From Blastocladiella emersonii ATCC 22665 (Eukaryota; Fungi; Blastocladiomycota): a DNA stretch of 64,000 nucleotides. The position numbers and the translations under genes are program-made. Below the pieces are notes generated by a model, which saw only the letters and a program-made list of their open reading frames with translations, was not told where the DNA came from and did not search any database. Location: contig JANHCV010000005.1 of NCBI GenBank assembly GCA_025594325.1, forward strand, positions 1,860,001-1,924,000, in the 5' to 3' direction. Below are positions 24,501-36,944 of this stretch, piece after piece; positions within the stretch are counted from its first letter, which is position 1, and each line of letters starts with the position of its first letter.

Positions 24501-26500
24501 GGCCGAGGAGTCGCAGGTTGCGGTCGGTACTATGGCGCCGCCCTCGCTCCAGGAGCGCCAGCCCGCGCCCGAGACCAGCACGCCGTCGTGCGCCGATGGC
24601 GACGCGAACCTGCAGCAGGCCCCGATCACTGCTCACGACGCGGCGTCGCAGCGGAAGTCGGTCTCGTCGGCGGCAGCGGCCAGCGTCACTGCTGCTGCAA
24701 GCCCGAGTGAGGCGCCTCCCGCGTCCGGTTCGGCCGCTGCACCGGGGTACGCTCATCACTACGCGTCGGGGTGCCCACGACTGAATACTAACTCACTACC
24801 TTTCGCATATTTGTAGAACCGAGGCCGCACCGGCGGCGCCCAGTCAGGTCAAGCGCAGCGGCGGCGGGTACCCGCCGATGAAGCTGATCCCGATCCAGCC
24901 GTACGTCGAGCCGGTCGTGCTCAAGCCGAGTCCGGGCTTCATGCCCCGGAAGCCCGGCCGGAAGGTGTCCGACATATACAACCCGCGCGTGCACGGGTAC
25001 GTCGCACCTTGGCTTTGCTCCCCTCGCGCAATCCTGAGCGCTGACGTCCTTGCCCGGCGCCGTGTAGGATCGGCATGTTCCGCAAGCCCTACGTGCCGTC
25101 GACGATCGAGTCCAAGCGCTACTACCCCAAGTTCGACTACACGCAGGGGCCGCAGTGGATCGCCTCGCTCGGCGATCGGTACTACGCGTGGCGCTACCCG
25201 AACCGCATGCCGCCGGCCGATCCCGACGTGTCTTCATCCGCGGCCTCGATGAGGACTAGTGGTGGCAGTGCGCCCGAGGCGTCGCCAGTCGCTGATCATG
25301 CACCGCTCGTCGAGGCTGCCCCCGCACCAGGGCCAGCGCCGGCTCGGGCCTCGGCCGCATGGACGCCGCGCGTTCCGTCGCTGATCGTTAAGATGCTCGA
25401 GGGCGCCGAGTCGGTTCCCCACGCGTTTTTCGGGCTGGTGATGCACGGCGACGACACGGCCGACTGGACGGACGAGGGCCGGCACGGGCCCACGAGCGCC
25501 GAGGTGGCCCGCGACTTCCAGCACGGCGCGCTCGGCGTCACGCGCGCCTTCATCGACGGCGAGTCGGACCCGTACCTCAAGCTGGTGGAGGACATCGAGA
25601 CGGTTGTGCCGCACTCGCTGTTCGACGCGCTCGGCGTGCACCTCATGACGCGGCCCGCGCCGCTGCTCCCCAAGGCCTCGGTTCTCGCCCTGCTGCACGT
25701 CGTCGACCAGCACCCGGCGGCCATGGCGCACTATACACGCGCCATGGACCCGTCGCTCACGCGTGTCCGGCCGTTCTGCGACATGGCGCCGTTCGACAAG
25801 TACTCGTGGCGGGCGTTTGAGCGTCTCGACCGCGCCGTGCTGCGCGCCTGTGCCGCGGGCCAGGGCGTGTTCGACTCGCACGAGCAGGCCACCGACGCGA
25901 TGGCGTGCCTGTGGTATGTCGGCCGGCTCGTTAACAAGGCGCTCCCGAACTGGCCGGCGGACCACGGCGACGCGCAGCGGGTGGCCATGGTGGTCGCGCA
26001 GCACCTCATGTGGGTCGACCCGAACGGCATGATCGCGGCGTGGTCCGACCCGGCGTCGTACGAGCGCGCGGCCATGTGCCTGGCCAACTACCTGGTAGCC
26101 ATGGTCCCGCGGCGCCCCTTGGGCCGGCCCAAGGACGGGGCCAAATAGGAGTGAAACGCTATCCCAGGAGAGATGTGTTGTATCATAGAGATAGAAACGG
26201 TGTGTATAGGTCCTTGTCCTGTCCTCGTGCAAGTGAGATTTCCGGGCTGTAGAAGGAGCGGGGACGAAGTTCGAGGCGCGTCGCTCATCTCCGGTTAGCG
26301 CGCGAGCAGACTCACGCGCTCGTCGCCGGCGCTCCCTCTCTCTCTCTGATTCGAGCACCACACCCCAAAAGCACCATGGACTTGATGCAATCTCATGAAA
26401 ACAGCCCGGGCAGCGTTCAGCTCGCTCGGCTCCCCGCGGAATTGCAGACCGCCGTCCTCCAGCTGGCCGACCCGCGCTCCTCGATCGCGGCCGCTTCTGC
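21572..26500. repeat. Left arm of 4929-bp near-perfect inverted repeat
   Basis: Reverse complement of 53301-58229; paired coordinates sum to 79801; only two differences seen (22663, 24968), though not every base was compared. Confidence 0.97.
22577..26148 (+). CDS. Multi-exon protein: long Ala/Ser/Thr/Pro-rich region plus C-terminal RhoGAP-like helical domain (copy 1)
   Basis: Several GTACG/GTAAG...CTAAC/CTGAC...AG introns join ORF pieces 22577, 22945, 23287, 24140, 24532, 24878, 25075; one junction (~24410-24470) unresolved. Confidence 0.65.
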
Positions 26501-28654
26501 CTCTCTTTGTGCGCTTTCCCGAGAGAGCTACACGCGGCACTCGTGGATTCTTGCTATCGTGGACCGGCTCCTTGCGCTCCCCGTTAGGCCAAACCGCTAT
26601 GGACGGCGCGTGCCCAACGACGCCCTGTCGCGTCTTGTCCTTTGTGACCTCAATCCAGCCCTGACTCAGAATCCTAAGATTGTGCTTCAGTGGAACTACA
26701 AGCGCGTTCCGCCGCCGATGGAAGTCTTTGTCGCTCTAGCCTCGCACATGTGTCGCCGGGTTCAGCTCTGCGACCTAGAGCCCTTGAATTTTCACCAACG
26801 TCTGGAGCTATCACTCACCGAGCAGAATAGCTCTGTTTGGGTGAGTCCTGTTGCCGCGCTCGTCCGGCTTCTCGCAGCTGGAGTGGCGTTTGAATGGACG
26901 GATTTCCTGAGCCAAGCTCTCGGCCTTGTCGCATCGCGCTGCCCCCAGCTCCTTGACGTGCGCCTGGAACTCTCGGAGTGGGTGCTGCTTCTTCAAGTTC
27001 CTGACTACGCTTTTGAAATTTACGAAGTCGAGGCGATCACTACATTTTCGCTCCGGTTTGTGGATGCTCTCGTTTTCCTCTCAGTCGCAATTTGGAATTC
27101 CGCAAGCTTTCGTGCGTTACTCGGCGAACCTCGGCACGCCGTGGACGCGGCGGCTCTTGCTGCTGTACTTTGTGCGGACGGCCCGTCAGGATTCGTTCTT
27201 GAAGAAACGGGGAAGCACGAGTTTGTTCGTCATGCGGCGGACATCCTCCCCTGGATTCTCGAGTACAGCCCGCAAATGTCAGCCGAAGTGCGCAACGCGT
27301 ACGTTCAGACGGCGGTCTCCCTGGGGGGCGACGTTTTCACGCCGTTGCTCGCCCAGTTTCCTGACCAGGTCGTGGCTTCTCTCCCCTTCCGAGACGATAT
27401 CGGAGACGCGCTCCTCGATGTCATGGGGCTTCCCGACCCGCAGCCCGAAGACGGACAGACTGCCCGCCAGCTTGGCGATAGGATCGTGACTTGGTTTGAC
27501 GAAGGTCTGTCAGTTGAAAATCTCGAAACCCTTGACTCTCACGGATTAATCGCTTCCAAATGGTGGAGCTACTTGGTCGGCACAGCGATCGCCCGCGAGA
27601 AGTTTGATTACATTTCTCGTCTTCGCAAGCGATACACCCTTGACGAGTGGAGGACGCTGATCCTCAATGGTATGGCCTGGAACCTGCTCGCAGACCACCG
27701 CGAGCGAGTTGCTCACGCCGCCGTGTGCGTTGTGTAGCATACTGCGTCGCGCGCCGCGAATATCGAACAGATGGCGATATCATTGCTCGCGCCATCCTCA
27801 CGCACGCACTATTTACTGGTCCTCAAGATAACGGAAGCGACCTTGACCGTCTCACCTTGGGCGATTTCGCCAACGCCTTCCGTCTCCACTCTGGCCAATC
27901 GACCAACACTTGGCAGTCCGACTTTCTCGTCTGTGGCGACGTGTTCATCATTGATGAAAACCTTCTCGCTCGTCCCGAGATTATGGCTGAACTGGTCTGT
28001 CTTCTCGCAAGTGCTGTTTCGACGCCTGAAGGCAGGAGCGAGCTTACGCGCCAAGTCAAGCGTTTGGGTTTGGGCTATGTTCATCTCCTTTTATTCAGAG
28101 TGATCCGGCACGTACTCAACCTTGAAGGTGTTCCGGAGGTGCCCCCTCGCTTTGATTACTTTTCCGACGCAGGGCACTCGATTTGCCGCGAGTGCCCGCT
28201 CGCGGCGCAACAGGTTTGGCGTGAACTTGTCCTTGCACTCTGGGATAAGTGCCAGGCACCCTGGTACCCCGAGTATCTCACCCCGCCGTACCTCGATAGC
28301 TTTTCGCGTCTGTGCAAGTACTTTAAAGTCGATGGGAGCGAGCCTGTCAACAAACAATGTGCTTGCAACGGACTCGCGTCTGCTCGGCTCGTCACGCGGA
28401 TCTTTTTCGCGAGTGGCTTCGACGAAACATTTTGTGGCCTGCAGGACGAGGTAAATCTCGGTACCGTGTCTCCGGTTGTTCTCCGGATCGTCCCGGACGC
28501 TGCACTGGACGAAGCCAAAAACTCCAGTGCGGTCGAAGAACTCATTGTCAAGCTCTTCAGGAACGCCGGGATGGAGGTGCTTCCGCGCTGGGGTCTCGAG
28601 GAGCTAGCCCGAATCGCCCCTGATGTGTTTGAGTACTGTGGGTTTGCCCTGTGA
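26376..28654 (+). CDS. F-box-like helical protein with C-terminal Cys motif, family C copy 1 (2 exons, apparently intact)
   Basis: LARLPAELQTAVLQL; phase-1 intron GTATGG...TGTGTAG after LILN joins to AYCVARRE; ICRECP...CAC. Confidence 0.8.
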
Positions 28655-29387
28655 ACGAGTCGCCACCGCGACTAACACCCCGTTTGCAGGCAAGAAACCG
28701 CTTTAAACTCTTGTTTGAATTCATTCTCGGAAGAAGAAACTGGCTTTGGGTTATATGTTTTTCTCTGAAGCCGGCGCTAGTAACTCGCCCAGTTGTCAAC
28801 CCCGACCAACGGTCGCTTTGCTGATTTAAGCAAGAACAAGGCACAGCGGTCCGAATTATCCCAGACGTGAGACCTGCTCAATAACTTCAGGACCTGCGGG
28901 TCCGTTTAGGAAACATTGCGACGGAAGTGGTTGCGGCTTGGTCGCTGTGGCGCACCGCGTCCTCAGCCACTCACGTGCGATGAAACACGCGTTCGACAAT
29001 GCTTTCGGCCCAACGAATTGCCTGTGAGCTGCAGGCGTGTTGCTGAAAACGTACCGTTGATTTCTATGTGCAAGCTAGCTTGCTTGGAATTTGATGTTGT
29101 GGCCGTTGCCAGCCCTGGCAAGTTACACCACCTGCTTGACCCAATTTCAAAGAACTCCTGTCAGTTTGAGTCGCTACGAAAATGGAGAAAGGCTCTTTAA
29201 AGAAGCAAAACTAAGAAGATCAAACAACAACCAACTAATTCACAAACAAAAAAATCTCTCACATCGCGTTCATCATCGCCCACGGAACACTGGCCTCGAC
29301 GGCGACGGCCACTCCCTGGCCTTCTCCTCGTGCTTCACCCAGATGAGTGCGGATCAGCTTGGATTTGCTGCCGCTAGCTGGCCGGAG

Positions 29388-29734
29388 CTAGATCGCGGCC
29401 GCGTAGCTCTCGCGGTACTTGAGCTTAGCGAACAGGTCACGCGGCCCGCCGATCATGCTCTGGACGGCCGAAAAGTCCTGCGCCGACCGATTGTACGTGA
29501 CCTCGTCGAACACGGCCACCAAGACGACACGGAACGCAGGCGCGGACGCATCGACCAGGCCGTCGAGCGTCTCGGCGAGCGACTTGTTCCACGCCGTAAA
29601 GTTTGGCCGCTGGTGCGTCGACTCGGTGTGGTGGATTTCCCTTGATGATTTGTTGATGCAATCCAGTTTCGAAGGGACGACGAGGGGAAGGAAGCGGGCG
29701 AGGTCGACGTACTCATCGGCCCGAATTTTCGATG
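29388..29734 (-). pseudogene. Orphan GC3-rich terminal exon, 115 codons
   Basis: CTAACCAG acceptor then SKIRADEYVDLARFLPLVVP...FRVVLVAVFDEVTYN...KLKYRESYAAAI*; no ATG, so this frame is absent from the ORF track. Confidence 0.5.
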
Positions 29735-29848
29735 CTGGTTAGTTCACTCAACCGGGAGTGTGAGAGGCTACGTTAGGAAGCGAGGGCTGTTGAAGCCGTT
29801 GTGCGAGCAGAAGAGCTCGACCCGTAAGACCCCGCTCTTTCCTCTGAC

Positions 29849-29868
29849 CATATGATTGATCGACGCGT
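29849..29868 (-). promoter_or_regulatory. ACGCGT-N8-CATATG composite motif
   Basis: Minus strand GAGACGCGTCGATCAATCATATG, ~115 bp upstream of the orphan exon. Confidence 0.5.
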
Positions 29869-30149
29869 CTCTCAAATTAGCTTTATGTTTTGCACATTCC
29901 GCTCCTGATTTAAGACATGCCACTCCCGACGCTACCGCTATCAACGGGTTGACTCTGAGAAGAAGACGGCACCAAAACCGACCGCCGTGAATGCGCGCCC
30001 TGTGACGATCCCCTGACATCGGCGACTCGATCCTGAAACGGTTCATGGCAGGGCTCAGCAAATCTTAATGCAGATTTATGTACGCAAGTGCATTTATTCA
30101 GTCGGGGATCATGGGGTCGGAGGAAGTGGTCAGCCCCACCTGAGCGATC

Positions 30150-31366
30150 CTAGAACCCCTTCACGTACGCCTTCACAAAGGAAGGCTCAAGCACAGTGCA
30201 CGGAGCAAGACGGCTCAGACCCTCGACGGTGCCGACAGGCAATTTGTTGACTGACCCATGCCCATCACGGGCGACAAGAGCCGCGAGCTGGACCAGCTCG
30301 TCCGCGCTGACGACCCCGTCAAGAAAGCCGGAGAGAAGTCGTTTCCAGGCCGCTGGAGCCGCGCGCCCGCCAGAATGCGCCATGAGGGCATCAAAGAACG
30401 AACGCGGGACGGCCGTCGTGATCGCGCGCGCAACATGACGCAAGGTGATCACGCAGTCGCAGGCGCAAGAGTCATTCTCCGCATGCCGATATTTGGAAAA
30501 CTCCGCGAGATGAGCCCATACCAGTTGGGCAAGCTTGGTCGCAACCTGGTCGTCAACCGACATTAGAAAAGCGTCGAAGAGGATGGTAAGCGTATCGCGC
30601 CAGGGCTGCTGCCACGCGAGCGGGCAGTCCGTGCAAGGGTTGATACCAGGAAGTGCACCAGTGGCCTGATTGTGGTTCTTGTGCAAGTGGTCCTCATCCG
30701 AAGCAAGGGACGAAATCATGGCGTCGCAAAACTGGAGTTCGCAACCTGCATCACGGATCACGGTGAGTGCCGTGTCGCGGGTCTGCGAATCCAAGACGCT
30801 TTGAGGAGTTTGCGAGTGCGGTGCGAGAAGCTGCTGGAGCAGGTGCACGTGGCCAGTCACAGACGCCGCAAAGAGCGTGTGAAGGAACGTTGGGAGAGCA
30901 TGATGCCGCGGATGAGCCTTTGGCTTGGCCGAGTAGCGCTGGATTTGGCGCTTCAAGGACTCCGCGTCGAGCCTGCAGAGCTGGATTCGGTGCGAAAGGC
31001 AAGACGAAAGAGAGGCCAAGGCGAGAACCGGTTCTCCCACGCAAGGCTTGCGGAAGCATCGAAAGCTTGATCGAAGTCGAGACGGCCCATCAAGAACTGG
31101 ACTCTTAACCCTTTTTTCTCGGTGATCCAAAAGTACCGATTGTGGACGGCTGGAGTCCGTAGCTGCGTGAAGAGTGGCTCGGCAACGCGGTCTATCCAAT
31201 GATGAGCAACTCGCGCGTCTCGAATAGCGGGTGCGAAACACGCGGAGGCCGCGGCGAGGGCGGAGCGCAGACCAGCGAGCGGCAGGACCCGGTCGAGGGC
31301 GTCAGACGGCAAGTGTGCAAGTGTGAGGTGCAGGTAGCCAGCTTTGTATTGCATGAGGTGCTCCAT
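30150..31366 (-). pseudogene. F-box-like helical protein, family D copy 1 (frameshift and internal deletion)
   Basis: LAHLPSDALDRVLPL; frameshift near 31030; lacks ~1.1 kb present in D2; keeps PCTDCPLAWQQPWR...CACD. Confidence 0.7.
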
Positions 31367-31493
31367 GGTGAAGTGCGACGGTACAGGGAGTGGCGGAAGT
31401 CTCGACGTGGGCAGAAAGCCGTTGCGCGCGACGACGCGCGGGAAGCTCGCTGGAGACGCGGTCACATGACGGGCGAACGCGTCTCGCATCACT

Positions 31494-31513
31494 CACGTGA
31501 TATCGAAACGCGT
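31494..31513 (-). promoter_or_regulatory. ACGCGT-N8-CACGTG composite motif upstream of D1
   Basis: Minus strand ACGCGTTTCGATATCACGTG...GCGAGACG, ~130 bp before ATG 31366. Confidence 0.55.
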
Positions 31514-31605
31514 CTTTGTTTCTCAAGAGCGGTGCAAAGGCTCACCGAAAAAAGTCAAGTCGAAAAAAAAATTTAACGAGGTACAAAGGATCGTACACAA
31601 ACGAC

Positions 31606-33924
31606 CTACGGCTCATGCAAGGCGAGAGCGCTCCCAAGTCGGCTCTCGAGGTACTTTGTGAAGGAGGGCTGGAACACAGCTTCCGGAGCAAGGCGTGACA
31701 GACCCGAGATCATATCCGGAGGGACCGCTCCAGTCGACTCGAGCGTGCCAAGCGAAGCGCGGACCGCGAGCCACGCCAACTCGTGCGGATGGGCGACCCC
31801 GTCAAATATTTGGGCCGGGAGCAGCTTCCAGGCCGGAATAGCCGCAATACCGCACGGATGAGTCAAGAGAGACTCGAAAAACGCGCGGGGCTCTGCCGCT
31901 GCGACCACACCTGCAACGTGTTGCGCAGTTGTGAGAGGGTCACACGCACACGTTTCATTAGACTCGGGGTCCGCATCCACTTCGGACTCATTGGCAGCTC
32001 GAACAAGGTAAGTCCACGCCGCAAGCACGAGCCATTTGCCAACCTTGCTTGTTGGGGGCACTGGAAAGCCATCAAGCAGTGCAGAAAACGTGGCACGCCA
32101 GGCCTGCTGCCAGGTAAGCGGGCATGCGAGACAAATTTCGAGGTCAAATAGCGCACCCGTGGCATTATGGTGGTCGTCACCGCGCAGGCAATCACCCTCG
32201 CTGGGCGCATACGACCAAATCACAGCATCACGAAACTTGGGACCGCAGTCTCCGATTCGCATCATCTCGAGCGCTGCATCGCGCGAGCCCTGGTTCGATA
32301 GAGCGGCGACCGAAAGACGCGTGATATTGATCGACGTAGTGTCGACATATTGATCGTTGTGGGTTGCAAAGCGTTCGATGACCATGACCAAAAGTTCGAG
32401 TGGGCGAACCACCATGTCGCCACTCAGTAGGCCCGAGTAAAGATCGGGCATGTCCCATCCAACGCGCTTCGACCACTGATCGGGGCGCGTGAAGAGATCG
32501 CACAAGGTCCGAATGTCCGCGCAGCCGGTTTCCAGCAAGTGGAGCATGACGTGCTGAGCAGTTTCGCGCCGCTGGAGGCTGTACTTGAACGCTACGTTCT
32601 CGCGCGGGGGTGGTTAGCATGATTATGATGCAGTCGTCCGTTGCCAAATCGAGTAATCCGTACTCTCTAACAGGAGCGCGTCCCACTGCTCGCCCGTGAG
32701 CCCCCGTTGAAGGCTCGATACAACGTCGTCATTACCACGCGCGAGAGCAGTTGAGAGCATTTCCAAGCGATTCTCATCGCTAACCAGTCCGTGCGAGCTT
32801 AGGAGCTGAAAGTCGGCGGTCGAAATCTCGTCAGCCTCGATCCAGTCTTTGAGATAGCGTTCAAGACTCGAGAGATGTCTGCTATCGAGAGGACTGGAAG
32901 CCAAGAGAAGCTCACTGCAACTCGCAAGCAGCGGGATGAAGAACGCGGCTCCGAACATGGCCACGGTTTCAACAATCGAGTTTGGCACCAGGGACTCGCG
33001 CCATCCGTGCGCATGAAGCCACATGACAGTCGGAATAAACTGGGCCAGATCAACTTCGCTTGACTTTGCCAAACTTTCGACGCACGAGAGGAGCGAGCAA
33101 CCGAGTAATTTGCCGTCCACGAGTCGCACGATCGCGTCCGGCGCCATCCCGTAGCGACGGTCATGGTTGAGGATCTCGAGTACGTGGTGCTGCAAGGCAG
33201 CAGCGGCAAAGAAGCCAAGGGCATCGGGAAGGCGAACTGGAAGCGGGGAGAAGTTCTTACTCGGGCGCTCAAAGTAGGCTTGCAACGTCGACCCATGTAC
33301 AGTTGCAATCGAGCACCAATCCAGAAGTTCCATGGTCAGGTCAGCGACTCGGGGTGAGGTGGCAAGGACGAAATCGAATGCTTGCTGAAGGAGCGTCACT
33401 TGTCCAGTCACGGCGGCCCCAAGGAGTGTGTGAAGAACGGTTGGGAGCGGATGAAGTCGCGGGTGGTCGAGAGGCCGGGTGCAGTAGGTCTTTACCTGCT
33501 GCTGAAGTCGCATTGTGTCGAGGCTGTCAAGCTGAATCCGGTACGTGAGACAGCGCGTAAGCGAGGCAAGGAGCGAGGCCCGGTGCTCCCAAAGCTTACA
33601 ATTCGGCATTTCCGCGAGCTTGGCGGGGTCAAGATTGCCGAGCAGGTAGTGAGCAAGCGTCCGCTTCGCGCTGTAAATGATGCTGAGGAAGCACATTGAC
33701 TGATCCGAGTCGCGCAACTGCTGAAGCAGCGGTCCGGCAACACGATGTGCCCATGGAAGGCACACGTGCTCGTCCTGGGCAGTAGCGTGAAGGCAGAGAG
33801 AAGCAGCGCAAAGGGAGGCGCACGGTTCGGCCAGCGAGAGGACCAAGTCGAGAACGTCGGCCGGCAAAGTCGCGAGCATGGGCGCCGGCGGGACTGTTTC
33901 GTAATGCATGAGGTCTTTCTTCAT
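31606..33924 (-). CDS. F-box-like helical protein with C-terminal Cys motif, family D copy 2 (2 exons)
   Basis: LATLPADVLDLVLSL; phase-1 intron GTACGG...CTAAC...GTAG at the same position as in family C; ICLACPLTWQQAWR...CACD. Confidence 0.8.
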
Positions 33925-34164
33925 TGTTTTGTGTGGGCACGGGGAGAGAGGAGGAAGCCCGGGGGCAGCGCCGCGAAGACGTTGGGGGCAGGCTGGGCGC
34001 CGAAGCGCCAACGCGGGCCAACGCGGACCAGACAAAAGCGCAAGGGCCGCGCGTCCCGTCCACCTTCGACTCACATGATATAACGTCGCGAGGATTTTGT
34101 CTCCTCAAGTCCAAGGCAAGGCACAGGCAAGCGCCTGGGGTTCTCGTGAGTGCACAGTTGAAAG

Positions 34165-34184
34165 ACGCGTCGTTCGCCCACATG
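34165..34184 (+). promoter_or_regulatory. ACGCGT-N8-CACATG composite motif upstream of C2
   Basis: AGACGCGTCGTTCGCCCACATG, ~95 bp before ATG 34277. Confidence 0.5.
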
Positions 34185-34276
34185 CCGGTGAGCGTGAGCT
34201 GCGATTCCCGCGCTCGCCACCGAGGTCGAGCCGCGCCCTCTCCCTCCCCCGATGCAACTCCGACCTCGAACCCACC

Positions 34277-36601
34277 ATGGACTTGATGCAATCTCATGAA
34301 GACAGCTCGGGCAACATCGAGCTTGCTCGGCTCCCCGCGGAAATGGTGACCGCCGTCCTCCAGCTGGCCGACCCGCGCTCCTCTATCGCGGCCGCTTCTG
34401 CCTTCCTTCACGCACATGTCCAGGAAACTTTCACGCGGCACTCGTGGACTCTTGCTATCGTGACTCGGTTGCTCGCGATTCCGGTCCACACTCGCCGCGC
34501 CAGCCGCGGTCTGAGCGATGTCATGTCGTACATTGTGTTTTCTGACATCAACCCACTCTTGGCGAAGCACCCGAATCTCGTCAATCATCCGGAATACAAG
34601 CGCGTGCCGCCACCGCTCGAAGTACTCGTCGGGCTGGCCTCACACCTGTGTCGCCGCGTCCGACGTTGCGACCTCGAGCCCCAAAACTTACGTCAACATT
34701 TGAACGCATGGACCATCGACCAAGACCTGTCCATATGGATGTGCCCTGTCGTTGCGCTTCTGCAGCTAATCGTGGCGGGTGTGGCCTTCGGGTGGACGGA
34801 TGTCCTACGCAAGGTCCTCGAACTCGTTGCTTTTCGCCATCGCCAGCTGCTCGGCGCGTACTTGAAGCTTTCAGAATGGCTCCCCCTCCTCCGAATTTAC
34901 GATTTCGACATCGACATCGAGCAGCTCGAACCAGCCTTTGCCATTCCGCTGCGATTTGTCGATGCCCTCGCTTATTTCACTTTCGTTCTGTGGCAACCTT
35001 CGAGCTTTACTTTGCTGCTTAGCGAGCCTCAATACGGAATCGACACAGCAGTCCTTGCTGCGCTTCTTTCCACTTACGAGCCTGCTGAGCTTGTGCTAGA
35101 AGACTCCGTGGAACAAGCCACTGGACGCGACTGCGCGGATATGTATCTGTGGGTCTTCGAAAACGGCGATCAAATGCCAGCCGACGTACGCGATGCTTAC
35201 GTGCAGACCGCAGTGTGCTGGGGACACAAGTTGTTCATGTCCTTGCTCGCCCGGTTTCCTGAACAAACTGTGGCTGCTCTCACATTTCGAGACGATGTCG
35301 GGGACGCGCTCCTTGATGCTTGGTGGCTTCCCAATCAGGATTTAGACGGAGAGACCTTTCTCCAGCTTGGCGATTTTATCGTGTCCTGGTTCGACTCGGG
35401 TCTCTCAATCGAAGCGCTCAAAATCCTTGACACTCGCGGACTGATTGCTCCCAAGTGGTGGAGCGACTTGATTGGAACGGTGATCGCCTTCGAAGAGTTT
35501 GACTATGTTGCTAGCCTTCGTACGCGGTACACGCTTGAAGAATGGAAGGAGCTGATTCTCAAAGGTCTGAAACAAACCACTTATCCCGAGCCGTCGCCGC
35601 TCGCCGCTCAGTGACCAAAACGGGCGTATTGTGTAGCATACTGCGGCGAGCGTTGCGAATACCTGGTTATGCGCAGGTACGGGAGCAGCGCATCAATGAT
35701 TCTCACGCGAGCGCTGTCTTCCTCTCCCCAAGCTGATGGATGCGACTTGAATCGCCTGAGGTTGGGTGATTTCGCCAACGCGTACCTTGTTGAGTTCGGC
35801 GGGACGGCAAAGACCTGGCAGTCCGACTTTCTTGTTCACGGCAACTGGTTCATCATCGTTAAGAGCTTATTCAATCGCCCCGAGATATTGCGGGACCTTG
35901 AGTGGATCCTTGCAAGCGCCTGTTCCAGCTTCGCAAGCAAGAAGGAGCTCATGGACCGCTTGGAGCTAGCTGAGGTCGAGCACCTGCTGCTGAGCGCCAT
36001 ACTCCGAAATCTGCTTACACATGATGAAGACCCAGACATCCCTCATCCCATCCACTACTTTCCTTGTGGCGTCGCAATATGCCGGAACTGCCCGCTCACG
36101 CACCAGCAGGTCTGGCGCAACCTTGTTCTTGCACTTTGGGAACTGTGCGAGTCGACCTATTCCGAGCAGTACGGCCCCCGGTTCGATGACTCTTGGTCAC
36201 AACGTGACCCTCCGTTCGATGATTTTTGGTCGCGACTGTGCAAGCGCTTTCGCCTCGGCAGTGATCAGCACATCAACGTCAACAACTCTCATCTTGCGTG
36301 TGATTCCATAGCGTCAGCACGTCTCGTTGCGCGAATCTTTTGCAAGAACGACCTACAGGACGCATTCCAAATCCTGGAACAGGAGGTGGCCAGCCAGTCT
36401 GTCCCGCCGGCCGTCCTGCAGATTCTGCCCGACGACGCGCTGGACGATTATGCCAGCTTGAGCTGGGACTTTGACGTGTTCAAAACCTTTCCCAGCGCGC
36501 TCTTCAAGGACGCCGGTGCTGATGGAATCCCAGACTGGGCTCGCCAGGAGCTCAAACGGCTTGCGCCAAGTGCGTGGAAGTATGGTGACTTTCTGTTATG
36601 A
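34277..36601 (+). CDS. F-box-like helical protein, family C copy 2 (2 exons, apparently intact)
   Basis: MDLMQSHE...LARLPAEMVTAVLQL; intron after LILK to TGTGTAG; ICRNCP...LACD. Confidence 0.75.
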
Positions 36602-36944
36602 GCACCTCTACGTCAATCTTGCTTGCACACCCTCGTTTGCGTCCCCGGACAAGGTTCCACAATGCCACAGCACATGACGATCAAAAATACAACGTTCATA
36701 ATGAGCTGCCTATTGATCACACCAGGTTTCCATCGGGCTAAATCTGAGCCCCGTGTTTGTGAGCAACGGGAACCACGTTGAGATCATGACAACGATAAGA
36801 GTGTGTGAGGCGCCTCGGGAGTGAACGACGCGTCGCTGAAACGCGTTGTGCTGGCAAGCCACGCGGCCAGGCTGAGACTCACACGGGTGCTGCCGTGTCT
36901 CACCCTCGCTCTCCCCTAATCAAACACCACACACGGAAAAGCCC

